The position numbers and the translations under genes are program-made. From the NCBI GenBank assembly GCA_024137785.1, contig JAHRHZ010000116.1, positions 186,001-250,000 on the forward strand: a stretch of DNA of 64,000 nt. Direction: 5' to 3'. The notes under the pieces were generated by a model. That model saw only the letters and a program-made list of their open reading frames with translations, did not search any database and had not been told where the DNA came from. This document shows, piece after piece, positions 1-11,846 of the stretch (within the stretch, counting starts at the first letter, position 1; every line of letters begins with the position of its first letter). The stretch is from Ginglymostoma cirratum. Taxonomy: Eukaryota.

Positions 1-34
1 GCATTGAAACATACCTGCGTTGAAAAACGCACCG

Positions 35-1130
35 ATGTGGCGCTCCATCCTCTCTCTGGTGTGTGTGGCTTTCATTGTTGGTAAGAAATTAATTTCAAAA
101 AAGGATATCATCCCCTTAGGTATAAATTTGTGAAACAGAGTGATCACATTCGCCCTCCTGAGTGTGTACTTCTGGTCACTTTCTTACCTGAAGAAAGTAG
201 GTCACAGAACACAAAGGCAAGTCAATTCGTGCAGATATTGTTAGAATTTAGTCTTTGCAACCGTGAGAAAACAAAAAGAAAGCTTATGTTCCTTTCGCTA
301 CTAACCACAAGAAAATCGGATAACCGGACTGACGTCTTTACAGATGTAAAGTGGTCATAGATTCCGGACATTGGGAGTAAACTGCAAACTAGACGTTACT
401 ATATCAATTAACTTAATGAAGAAAAGAAAGAGGCACAAAATGATTCAAAAGAGGTTTCAAGAGAAATGTGTTTGGTGGTGAATGTCTAGACGGTGGTTAT
501 CGTTAACTCAAGGAATATGTCAGAGAGCAACAAAGATGTTCTTTTCAGGAAAGTAGATACAAGTGTGATGTAGAAATAGGCGTGGAGATTTTCTGACAGA
601 GTGATAACGAGCAATAGGCATGATGCTTGCGGGTTTTTTACACGTGGAAACGAGACTGATTGGCCGAATGGGTTTTTGCCACTCTCAATTCTATCTTTTT
701 AATGTTAATACTGTGAATTTCCATCTTCTTTTCATTTTGTTCGAACATTTAATTGGTGATTTTACCTTTCTACAGCCTTGTATTCCAGACAGGAGCAATG
801 GAAATTATGTAAGTCAGTGGGAGTCCTCACTCATTCAGATGAAGGGAGAGGATGTCACTTTAAAGTGTACCTACACTGCAGTCCTCTATCCGTGTTCTGG
901 TACCGTCAGTATCCAGGCTGGCAGCCCGACTTTGCAATCCGTAGGTACACGAGTAGTGCTGCTGAAACGAAGGCAGATTTCGCTCAGATCCGGTTTTCCG
1001 ATGCCCTGCAGCAGGCACACAAGTTCTATCAGTTGACTATCTTGGAGCTGCTGCTTTCTGACACCAGGGTATATTATTGTGCAATCAGTCTAACGGGAGT
1101 GGGAGCAAGTGAAAGCCTCGTACAATAAGT
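35..1130 (+). pseudogene. TCR alpha/delta-type V pseudogene, family A
   Basis: Leader 35-80 MWRSILSLVCVAFIV|GT. V exon 789-1091 (..VTLKCTYT / VFWYRQYPG..RFSD..SDTRVYYCAIS) has a 1-nt deletion after Cys1 relative to the paralog at 55291. RSS heptamer is degenerate (AACGGGA 1092-1098), then a 23-nt spacer and nonamer ACAATAAGT 1122-1130. Confidence 0.92.
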
Positions 1131-1249
1131 ACTGCTGGTTTCTGGGGCACAGTTTCAGCATCTTAAGAGCTGTTATTCAGCTCTTATTCCATGGTCACAC
1201 ACTGGAACTTTGTTACATTTCTGTGGAGTAAAAATCATGGAGGACAATT

Positions 1250-2130
1250 CAGATTGATTATTTGATTGTCACGTGCACTGAATTATAGTCAAAAGCTTTG
1301 CTTATGAGCCATACAAGCAGATCATAGGAAGCAGGGGTACAGAAACACCTAGGCAGAGGCAAACAAGTCACATTGCACAGGACATACTGAAGGTGGGCTC
1401 AAGCTTAGCGAAATGAGCAGTATTTGAGTCTGGAAAATCAACTTAACAGTCTAATAACTTGAGGAAGAAGCTGTTCCTGAAACTACTGGTGGGTGTGTTC
1501 AGGCTTCTGTATCTTTTGCTGGACCCAAAAGGTTACAAAATTTTTTGCAGTGGGGGTGCAATGGGTCTTCGTTTATGTTTGTGGACTCTCCACAGCAAAG
1601 AGCCGTGTAAATTGGGTCCATGGATGGAAGGTTGGCTAAAGCGCTCGTTTTGACTGTGCACACCATCTTCTGTAGTTTCTTGTGATCCTGGGCAGAAGGG
1701 TGCCACAGCTGGCTGTCATGCACCTGGACAGTATGCTTTCAACTGTGCATTTGTGGAAGTTGGTGTGAGTCCTCGTGGTCATGCCAAATTTCCTCAGCTA
1801 CCTGAGGAATAAGAGGCGTTTTCGTGCCTTCTTCAACGTGGGAACGCATCTACGTGGGAAGTCCAGGACAGGTTGTCAGTTATCATCACTCCGAGAAGCT
1901 TGACTCACTCCACCCTCTCAAACTCAATTCCATGGATATTAATTGGGGCATATTCTCTTCCTTTATTTCTGTAGTCAGTAATCAATTCTTTCGTTTTTCT
2001 GATTTTGAGAGAGAGAGATTGTTCTCATTGCACAACACCACCAAGTGTTCTGTCTCCGTTCAGTATTTTGACACGTCGTTGTTTTATATGCCTCCAACTA
2101 CGGTCATATCATCAATGAACGTGTTGATAA
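1250..2130 (-). mobile_element. Rex1/Babar-type LINE 3' fragment
   Basis: Minus-strand RT C-terminal remnants (SAQDHKKLQKMVCT; RLLFLR.LRKFGMT). A paralogous copy lies at 55735-56600. Confidence 0.75.
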
Positions 2131-2976
2131 AATAGTACTTACAATTGCTCTCAGGAAGTACGATTTCTCATTGTTGCATTGACCATGTGAGGGCCGATTT
2201 GGCTGGTGTTTATTTATGATTCTCTCGGAAGTTCTCCACGCATTTTCACTGAGAATACAGACTCTGCAACCGGCTTGGCATTAACAGTTTTTGTGTACCA
2301 CAGTTTTGGGTAAAAATACACAATTAATGTTCGATTGTGAAATTCCAGGGTGCAAGGTCCAGGGTGCACCTATGCCAGGTGAGGAAATCCCGGGTAATTA
2401 CTGTGACCACATTGAACACGTCTCACTAGTAATAATATACATATAAAGGGTAAGAATTCTCAATATAACAGGTCAAAGAAAAAGTTATTTTCATGAGGGC
2501 GTCGTATTTCCTTGGTCAGAGAACCGACTGAGAAGAAAAGCATAATTGGAAAAATGATATTTTTCCTATAGAATATTAGAATGACATTTAGAAGGTTGAA
2601 ACGATCGGATACCATTATTTGAGTTTTTTTTTTCTGAAGCAATCCGTGATGCTATCCTGTTCCAGTTAAATATTCATGAACAATTGGGAGACAACGTCAG
2701 GTCAGACATTTAGGTAGACTATTCAGTCGCCAAATTTTTAATTTGTAAAATGGCATTGATTCCCTAATCTCATTTTTGGATGATGTTCAGAATATATCCG
2801 ATGCAAAATCGAGCATCAGAAACCTTCCCCATCACTGCGCCTGTTATTCTCTGTTGTTATAATTTGATATTTTTCAAATGAGAACTTTTCAAGAGTATGT
2901 TTCGAATGTCTCAATTGCCCCGAGGGCTGCACGTTCCGCTCCCCCGACTTTCGCCCACCTTATCCCCCGACAGCAG

Positions 2977-3510
2977 AACTTTTGAGTGACACACCCTCTT
3001 GTTTCTGTCACTGTATTCTCCCAACCCGCAATCATCCACTAATGTTAAAGTTTCCCTCATATTTTCAAGCGTTCTGAGGTTCACAGTTCCATGCACAATG
3101 GACGTTTCTAATGACAACATTCCCATATTTACGGATGTAGGTCAAGAATATCGGAGATTTACCCGGGTCCTGATGTTACAAGTGCAAAATATGTGCATTT
3201 TCTGTGGCCAAATAGCGAAAGCTAACATGAGCAGTCGCCAAATTTCCTTCAAACTGTGTCATTTTAGCCAGCGGCTATGAGATCAAGTCTGCAAGATTAA
3301 AGCCTGCAGAAATGTAGAAATAAAATGGCATGAAAAGGCCGACGACAATTAATGTTAATAAGTTAAAGCATACATTGTAATACAGAGAACACATCCAAAT
3401 AAACTATTGCTATAGTGATATTGCCCAGAAGTTAGCACTTCACAGCTCACAAACTTACCTGTGAGGAGAGTTGCAGTAGTGTGAAGGGAGAAAATAATAA
3501 ATGGGTACAT
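2977..3510 (-). pseudogene. TCR-type V pseudogene, family B (no Cys1, Trp->Leu)
   Basis: Leader 3510-3459 MYPFIIFSLHTTATLLT|GTAAG. V exon 3303-3016 has stops (..VSFRY..LHL*HQDPGKSPIFLTYI..DDCGLG). RSS TACAGTG (3015-3009), 23 spacer, TCAAAAGTT. Confidence 0.85.
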
Positions 3511-5858
3511 GTTTGCAGAGCGGATGATGGATTTGAACGAAAGGCATTGATGCTGAATTATTCAGCTGAGACACCATGATGTTTCTATTCCAGTCTCCCT
3601 GCCGAATCGAGTTCATTTCTGACAGTATCATCAGGTATCATCCAGTCAGCTGGCAGCTCATTAATTCCTCGTTCATGACGTGAAAATGAATGCAGGGCGG
3701 CAGCGAGAGTTAGAGGAGGTTACTTGGCCGTTTGGCATGTGCAACCCGCTCTGTCAGAGAATGAGATTGTGGTCATTCCACCACAATTCCAAATTCCTGC
3801 AGAATTCCCAAATGACTTCTGTCTTTTACGTTCTATTCGTCAATCAGCATCGGTCAAATACACTTAATATCTGAACAACAAATATAGCTTGATTATTGAA
3901 TGAAGCTGTAACGAGGGTTAACTTTAATTTGGGTCTTTAACAGAGTCACTCCGGGCCATTAATTTCATGGTGTTGTGGTATTAGCACGTCACTGATCACT
4001 GTCACAGCATTTTATCAATTTCGACAGTAAACAACGTACATATTAAAATGTGTTGACACTCCTGATGTTATATCAGGGACTGAACCCTGATCAGAGACAT
4101 ACTTGGACAATTGAATCATGTTTTCCCTTCAAGCAATTGGCTGGTTTCTCAGATTTGATGTCAACAGTGGGCCAACCTCAGTTATTCCAGGAATGAGTTC
4201 AGCTGACACTCTCCAATCTCTTCCCTGGATGTTATAGCGTCTTTCTCACAAGTTTGCTCTTTCTTTGCTTTCAGACATTGCGTCTTCTCTCCGTTTAACA
4301 CGACTTTCTTCAGAGATTTTTAGTGCTCACTTCAGATTGGTGGATTTTTCTCTGTAGTTAAGATCAAATGTGAAATTATTCAATATAATTTTATCATTCA
4401 GGTGTCAAACGACGTGTACAGACAAGGTCCACCGTTATGTGCTACTGAGTGAAGATCACCAAGGAAATGACAAGTAGTCATCCACTTCATAACTGAATTG
4501 TTTTCTTAATGGAACTGAACTTGTTTTGAAAAATTGTTCATTTAAATCACAAACCATTTTACCCTTTGGGCTTTAAAATGTTCATCTTACAGTCACCCTA
4601 ACATTCACTTACCCAGCCAGACATTAGATTAGATCAGTTTTGAAAGATTGTGATTGATAAAATGGAAACATTTCCAGGAAATTTAAAAGTAAAGAAGGGC
4701 ATCTTCAAAAGTAGTATGAAGACGCCATTCTGCACTTTGATCTGTCTCCTCTATTTCAGAAAATCATGACTAGTCTTGTTCGGACCTCAACACTTTTTCG
4801 CTGCCCACCCACAGAATTCCTTTTCAATCTACAGATCAAAAATATACCTAACGTCGCCTTGAATATATTCAATAGTCCAGCCTCCAATGGCCTGGTATAT
4901 TTTAATTCCAAAGAAAAACGATCGTTTGAGAGAGAAAGAGGAATTTCCTGACATTCATCTTAAATTTGAGTGTGGTTCTTTTTAACGTTTGTCTTTTCAC
5001 TCAAAATAGCCTGAAAAAAATATTACCTCAGTATCCGCAAAATTAAGGACGCTCGGGATTTTTCATGTTTTGTTCAAAAAAAACCTCCTTTTTATTTTCT
5101 CATTTGTTTGTTAATCCCTCCATTAAGTCCACATTACATCTAACATTAAAGTGATCCCTTGATGTGCATTACTGTGGTGAAGACCAACGGACAGAATGAA
5201 AGAAAACCTCTCGGATCGGGCTGTGTTATCATATTCGTTCTCTTTCTCCTTCTATTGGAATGGAATCCTTTTTTTTTTCTTCCATTGGTACGGGCCTGTG
5301 ATGTTTGAGCTAGGCAACTTTTAATTAAATATTTAGCATTATTTAAACTCAAACAACTGTGCTTCATATAATTCAATAACTTTGAAAATGTATTTAGTTT
5401 TCCATTACCACATGCTTTGTTTTATTTGTATAAGTACCTGTCTGTTTCTGTTTAGAAGCCATGTCTGAGTTTTTCTTTTGAAGCCTGTTCCAGTCAATAC
5501 ACGACGGCGCGCTCTGAACGCATTCAGAAGATTAGCTTGTCTCCTTCGACAGAAAATGATTGTTTGAAGAAAGCAAAATATATGGGGAGATGCAATCACA
5601 GACAGTCACACAATACTACTGGGTTGCTTCAACTTATCCTGTCCCAGATCTAGAACAGACAGTGATCGTTATTACTGGAGTTCAGTCTTTAAAAATGGTT
5701 GTGAATTTCATCCAACTCTGATTATTCTCTTGATAATGATTCCAACTGCAACCCCAAATAAAAGCAACAAGCCATTTGTTTCTTCGCATTTCAATTTTCG
5801 AGTGATCATCATTATCCTCAGCTTTCTAATGCAATGTTTATCTGCTGTTTCTTTCCAG

Positions 5859-6202
5859 AGATGAACATTTGGTGTCTCAGTCAGAACAGGAAGTGAAATC
5901 AGTGAAGGAAAAGGATCAGCAACATCTTACAGCTACTGGGTATCTGATGTAGCTACAAACTATGGCCTGTTCTGGATTCGAGAGTATTCACAGCAAGCTC
6001 CTCAATAGATTCTCCCAAACAATAGTTATGAATGTAATGTTACTGCTTCCGGTTGTGATCGATTTAGCGAGCACCTCTCCTCGCAGCAGACATTTTCCAA
6101 TTTGACGAAATAATACAGGCATTAAGGCAACAGACAGCCTGGTTATCACTGTGTACAGAGATCGACATTGAATGTGATTCCCTATACGCTGATGGGCAAA
6201 CT
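5859..6202 (+). pseudogene. TCR-type V pseudogene, family C
   Basis: Acceptor CTTTCCAG, then VSQSEQEV..SEGKGSATSYSY..NYGLFWIREYSQQAPQ*..RFS..YHCVQR with stops and frameshifts. Degenerate RSS GACATTG-23-GGGCAAACT. Confidence 0.75.
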
Positions 6203-7252
6203 GGTCCATGTCAACAATCATGAGTTTGTAGCAAGAAAATATGAGGAATTGGATAACATCGAAAAGTTACAGAAAATAAATGGGACAATAGGTCCTGTTT
6301 CGAAAGGCTTTGTCACTTTCTAGCCAATGCTTATCAGTATTGGAAATGTGACATTGGGCATCTCTTCAATCATGGATCCAACTGAGACATTTCACGACAC
6401 ATTGGCAAAAAATTAGAAGAATGGCTGTCATTTACACGAAGCGTGAAAAAACCTGAGTGGTTTTTCCATGGTTAATACTAACACAGCGTGTTCACATGTT
6501 GGAAATTTGAAATTACGACAATGTCTCAAAAACTAATGGCCTCCCGTTTATGTTGGAGAGAGGAAATCGCTCCTTCTCTGTCACAGGATCGGTTGACTTT
6601 TTTAAATTCATTTTCTCAGAGCGCGGGGCGGCGTGTGGTGAGCCATTAAATATATTCAAGGCCGTGTTATACAGAATTTTGATGTACAAGGGAGAAAAAT
6701 GTTATGGGGCAGGGAGGAACTGAGGGTGGAGGCATGATAAGAACAGTTATGGAACAGAGTAGAATTTTCGACTAGCGTACTAATATTCCTATTCATCATG
6801 ATCTTCTGAGAATGCCCAGGCTGAGTCACTGCATCAATCAATACGTATTAAAGTTCTAAATCTCGTGCCTATCGATCAAGCATAATCTTTCCAAAGTGAT
6901 GGAATCTGAAAGTGGGCTCAGGGATGGAACATTCTGAAGCCTCTGAGGTAAAAATAGGTACTGACTCAAACAAAGGATTTACTAGAACTATTTGCGCAAT
7001 TCTGTTCAGAGGTGGATGACTACTTATCATTTCCTTCCGAAGCACATTGTCAATTAATCGTGAACCTTAGCAGCATGAATTGATTAAATCCGGAGTATTA
7101 AGTTAATTTTGAACTATTTCCACTTTCAGTGAACTGCAGAGACCAATCTATGGATTTGAAGAATGCACTCATAAGCTCGAAATAAAATCAGCTTAAATCG
7201 GGAAGAGAGAGAATGTGTGAAATTTTAAGGCATGTCAAGAATTGGACAGCCA

Positions 7253-7340
7253 AAAGGTGAGTGTAGGTGGGGAGGTAGGGAGATCGAGGGAGTGTCGGAG
7301 GTCTTGGGGTGGTGTCCAGGACATGGAGATGTGTTGGAGG
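7253..7340 (-). repeat. 88-bp perfect inverted copy of 8174-8261 (Penelope-derived)
   Basis: Base-by-base reverse-complement identity with 8174-8261. Confidence 0.92.
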
Positions 7341-7794
7341 CTTTTGTAATAATAATGATCATGCCACCGAGTGAGTCTGAATTCAATTCGCCATCTTATG
7401 TTTCATCTTTGCAATCATATTTTTGACACATTCACTGTGTTTCTTGGAGGAACGAGCGGTCAAGTTTCAGTTTTCCAGGAATCACTTGAACAAACGGTTC
7501 AGGAAAGAGGTAATGTAAGCCTGAACTGCAGTTACAAAACTACAGAGCCTGCTCCTAATTTATTCTGGTACGTCCAAGATCCAGGGGAATCTCCGAGATA
7601 TATACTGAGGAGATTCAATAAGGAACAGGGAGACTAGTCTCAGGATTTCCCTGACAGGTTTTCTGCGAATTTGGACAAAGGGAAGAAGACAGTTCCATTA
7701 AAAATCACAGCGGCTTCTGACTCTGACATTGCTGTCTGTCACTGTGCACTGATCTCAACAGAGATACAGAGTTCAGTTAGCCTATTCAAAAAGC
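7341..7794 (+). pseudogene. TRAV-like V pseudogene, family D
   Basis: Leader remnant ends 7370|GTGAGT. V exon 7450-7756 reads TSGQVSVFQ..VSLNCSYKTT..LFWYVQDPGESPRYIL..GD*SQDFPDRFSA..SDIAVCHCALI. RSS AACAGAG-22-TCAAAAAGC. Confidence 0.92.
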
Positions 7795-7899
7795 AGCACG
7801 CTGATCTCAACAGCTCACCTCCCTCTACCCCGGCCACAACACCCACACACACACACGCACCCCCCCCCACACACAAACACACACAAAGATACACAAAAA

Positions 7900-8513
7900 C
7901 CGACGTAGCTCTGTCCATCGCCTCCACAGCCAACAGCTCCAGAGGAGGCTGGAGCACCCAGCCCTGCCGGGTCTTCACCATCCCTCCAGACCTCCCCCTT
8001 ACTGAGGAAGAACGGTCAGTCTTCAGTAGACGGCTCACTTTTGTCCCCCTCCACCCACACATCAACGAATGCCAGTCACGTTTGGCCAGTGAGCAGTTTT
8101 TCTGCTGCCTCCGCCTCCGCGCTTACTTCTTTAACCGTGAGCCTAACCCTTCCTCTACTAATCCCTTCGCCCACCTCCAACACATCTCCATGTCCTGGAC
8201 ACCACCCCAAGACCTCCGACACTCCCTCGATCTCCCTACCTCCCCACCTACACTCACCTTTACTGGCTCCACTCCCGCCTTTTTGACCTTCTGTCTCATC
8301 TTCACCTATCTTCTCCTCTGTCCATCTTCTATCCGCCTCCCTCTCTCTACCTATTTATTTCAGAACCCCCTTCCCCTCCCCCATTTCTGAAGAAGGGTCT
8401 CGGCCTGAAACGTCAGCCTCCCTGCTCCTCTGATGCTGCTTGGCCTGCTGTTTTCATTCAGCTCTACACCTTGTTACCTCAGATTCCCCAGTATCTGCAG
8501 TTTCTACTATCTC
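7900..8513 (+). mobile_element. Internally deleted Penelope-like retroelement (ORF N-terminal part fused to 3' repeat)
   Basis: VFTIPPDLPLTEEERSVFSRRLTFVP..FFCCLRLRAYFF resembles the pre-RT region of Penelope ORFs. The 3' end matches the terminus of the element at 27604 and carries a hammerhead-like core. It is absent from the paralogous block near 35370. Confidence 0.75.
8387..8414 (+). ncRNA. Minimal hammerhead-ribozyme-like core
   Basis: CTGAAGA-A-GGGTCTCGGCCT-GAAAC-GTC matches CUGANGA / stem II / GAAA / GUC triplet. Stem I is weak. Confidence 0.5.
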
Positions 8514-9229
8514 TCAAATAAGCAATCAGATGTGTGTGCTGTATTAGTTAGCTCTTGTTTTTGAAAATAAAGCTACGAATTTCACTTTATCCAGAAGATT
8601 TCTACTACGGTTCAGAATGTTTGCTTTTTGTTTAAAGTCCCTCTTATATCGTTAGCAGAAATTGTTCATGATCAAAGAACAGGGTATTTAATAGCGGCAC
8701 CGATATTGCAACACAATTAGTTCTCACTCATCAATGACCCAGCTCAAGTTTGACTCTGCGAAGTGAACAAAATTGAAGATAATGTTCATTTCAATTTTAT
8801 TCAGTATTATATAACAGATGGTGCACTTGTAACTATATTATTTTCCACCGATGACGATGGATCAACAGATCTTAATGGACAGAATGGAGTTGGTAATTGT
8901 ACAGAAAGTTGTCTGCGAGTATACCATTCTAATATTACTCAGTGAAGGAGAAAGTTCAAAATGTCAAATTGCTCTGGCCCAAAGAAAATTTTTTGATGAT
9001 CTGACCAGGTCTTTGACGACAGAGTCTAGAGAAGAAAAGGAGCTATGAGGAATTATGCTGTCACCTTGTTATTGTGTCTGACATGAAGCAGTTGGTAACG
9101 AGACACATATGATAGAACATCAGTTCTGACTTGAAGCAATTCAGCTTCAGCTCCTTATCTAAAAATCTACCATGAGGTCTGATCATAAACAATTTAACTT
9201 CAAATGGCAATGTGAAAACAATATGCTTA

Positions 9230-9757
9230 GCAAATATTTCAACTATTACTATTTGTTTATTTGTCACTTTTGCCGCTCTTTTAATTAATAAATTCCTCGG
9301 ATGAATAAAGTTAGGCTGTAGCAATTTTACCCATGTCTTCATTTCCCTGTATTGTATTATATGCCCTTATCTTGTTAAAATTGATTATAATTGTCCATGA
9401 AACCCGTTTCATTTCCAAATTTCTGCAGGCGTTCATTATACAGATACAGTGTCACAGTTGACACTGACAGCGATACTAATTGGTGGAGATTTTGTGACCG
9501 TTGATTTCAGCTATTTTACAGCAATATTACAGTTGTACCATCAGGACCCGGGTAAATCCCAGACATTCTTGATCGACAGTCTTAAATATAGGGATTTTGT
9601 AGGAGATAATGACGTTGTCAATCGATATTTGCTCCTCTGGGTACATTGAAAAGGGATGGGAATTTCACTGTTGGTGAATTGCACCCGTGTGACAGTGCGG
9701 TTTATTATTGTGTGCTGCAAGACACGGTGACAGGAACCAGATGGACCCTCAAAGATA
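9230..9757 (+). pseudogene. TCR-type V pseudogene, family B
   Basis: Degenerate leader (ATG->ATT, GT->AT). Exon 9429-9722 reads DTVSQ..VTVDFSY..LQLYHQDPGKSQTFLID..DSAVYYCVLQ with a stop and a frameshift. Heptamer CACGGTG 9723-9729; the spacer is shortened to ~19 nt. Confidence 0.85.
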
Positions 9758-9859
9758 AAGAAACACTATTATGAACAAACCTCAACAGAAAGCAGCAGTA
9801 ACCCAGAAAGCTGCACCTGTTATTGTATGACGTTTTGGCCTGATACAATTCCTTTATTC

Positions 9860-10145
9860 ATTAACGGGATGTCTCAGGCTATCAAGCATTTATTTCTAAT
9901 TGCTCAGAGGGCAGGTGAGAGTAAATTAAATTTCTGTGGGTCTGGAGTTTCCATCCCTAAAGAACATTAGTGAACCAGATGGGTTTTTCCAAGACGATCG
10001 ATTTATGGTCATCATTAAAATTTTAATTCCAGACATTTCAATTTTTAAAAAAAATTCCACAACGTGCTATGGCGGAATTCACAGGTTCCCAGAATGTTAT
10101 CTGGGTCTATGGATTAATGTTCTCGCCGTAATAACATCAACCATT
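9860..10145 (-). mobile_element. tRNA-derived shark SINE inserted at the RSS of the adjacent V
   Basis: Shared motifs (CCAGA.CC..ATAACATTC, AAAAACCCATCTGGTTCACTAATG, AATAAATGCT tail) with copies at 33680-34010, 43450-43610, 52030-52330 and 61840-62070. Confidence 0.65.
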
Positions 10146-10151
10146 CTGGTG

Positions 10152-10884
10152 GGGTTCCCCACACAGTAATTGACTGTGGTGTCATACTCTATCAGTTCCC
10201 AGATGGTCAATCGCTACAACCACTTCGACTGCTGGATTGAATCAGAAAACCAGGCCTGAGCGAAATCCACCTTCAGTTGAGCAGCACACTTGTCCCTCCA
10301 GACTGCATACACTGGCTAACTCCCTCGGTACTGACGGGGCCACAATAAGGAATAAAGATCGCTAGCGTAGGTGCATCTGAAAGTGACATCTTCTCCCTCT
10401 GACTGTATGAGCGAAGGATCCCGCAAAATGACAAAAAATGAATTGCTCTGATCTGGAACAAACTGTTAAAGAAAGTGGAAGTCTACAATGAAATAAGCAT
10501 TTAGATTGATCTACCAATTTAAAATAAAACTCATTCAGTGCGATATGTTACTAAGAAGAAATTAGAGCATACTATAATTAAATCACATAATGAAAATAAC
10601 TGCCTGTATCCATGACGATAACCTAGAGGAGAATTCTCTTTTCCCCTTGTTCCCGTTTGTTTCAGCATGTCTCGCTGACCGTGTTTCCTGCTTCATTTTC
10701 CTTGGCCAGCTCCTCACGACTCAATTGATTTGATACAACCACTCCTTCCGCTATTCCAGTTCTTGATTTAAAGACCTCTGGCTTGTTTCATTTTTAGTAA
10801 AACAGAAGATCAACGTCTGATTTTGAAACTTGTTACCACAATAAAGGTCACCGAGATTACCACGAAAACGGGGAACTACATCAT
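10152..10884 (-). pseudogene. TCR-type V pseudogene, family A
   Basis: Leader 10884-10837 MM*FPVFVVISVTFIV. Exon from 10452 reads SLIQSEGEDVTFRCTY..LLWPRQYRGS*..DFAQAWFSD..DTTVNYCVG with stops. The RSS is destroyed by the SINE. Confidence 0.85.
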
Positions 10885-11469
10885 TGCTGCTGCCCTTCCA
10901 GGAGATTTATTTATGTCTCAGAAATCTGCAGAATATTGAATAAGAGAGAAAAAAATCTCAGAGCATTGGCCGAGACTAGTCTGATGTCAAGTCCGTCAAC
11001 AGAAGCATCTGTCATCTCTGTTTCAGATTGGTCGGGGGCCATTTCCATTCTTAGTTTTCAGCGCTTCCGACATTAACCTGACATTCCACCGAACAGAGTA
11101 AAGGACCAGTAAAGATAAACGCCTCATTTCTCATAAAACTGTCAGCCTGATGTTTAACTGATCTGAGATATTTATTTCAAAATAAATGAAATACAGCTGA
11201 TAAATATGGAAGATGGCCATCAGCGAATTTCCCTCACTGTCACAAATCAAACTGAATTCGCAGGATGGATCATTGGACTCAAAACGTTCATTCTGTTTTG
11301 TCTCCACAGAAGGCGCCAGACTCACAGAGATATTCCAACAATTGTTGTTTTAATACTCAATTTGCTGATGGCTTCAGTTTTGATCAACGTTTTACCAACG
11401 ATACATAATGTGATTTTCGCTTAGATTTCACATTCTGCAAGTGGATCAGCGGGCTTTAGAACGAATGGA

Positions 11470-11846
11470 ACGTTTGGACCTCCAGCGCAAAAAGGAGTCA
11501 ACATCTTGAGGAGTTCCTGTGCTGTAATTTTCTTTGCTCTTTCTTCTTTGTTCTTTGAGTGTAGAGCTACTGGACATGGTCGCTCAAAATATATAGTCAC
11601 AGTCTCCGTGAGAGCTGTGAACAATTGGTCAGCATTGTTCCTGTTAGCAGAACACATGAGAGCATTGAAGGGAGACCCGGAAGGGCCAATTGACGTTATG
11701 GAGCTCTACGGTTGAAACTTGTTTTCAAGTTCAAAATCATTTCTTAACGAAATATGCTCATTTTGCAGTAACTGTGAATGACTCAGCAATAGGCTTCATT
11801 GAATAAACACGATGAACAGACACTATTCCAAAGTTTCAGGAAACTG
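11470..11846 (+). pseudogene. Highly decayed V relic, possibly IgH-V-like
   Basis: Read together with the paralog at 32015-32380 (-): W/VRIVPG-like, FKVRFIS and VNDSAI(D/G)F motifs in order, then CACGATG (11808) + 23 nt + an A-rich nonamer-like site. Confidence 0.3.

Larger units (their letters stand above)
1..5320 (+). repeat. Segmental duplication block A (direct copy at ~54488-59470)
   Basis: Collinear similarity through the leader, V exon, Rex1 fragment, second V and intergenic DNA. Both copies end in GGGCCTGTGATGTTTGAGCTAGGCAACTTT. Confidence 0.9.

Noticed and set aside
3960-4360. Minus-strand Ig-like hints (VPD..SG; DQG.Y in the paralog at ~58440)
   Set aside because: Needs many frameshifts; no convincing Cys, Trp or RSS.
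5300-5345. Germline RAG signal joint or pre-joined V(D)J
   Set aside because: No heptamer-heptamer fusion and no V fused to an FGxG J segment were seen here or elsewhere in the window.
7671-8390. 239-aa ORF as a V-Penelope fusion protein
   Set aside because: Chance read-through from V FR3 across the RSS, a CA repeat and a Penelope fragment. It has a TTG start and an upstream in-frame stop.
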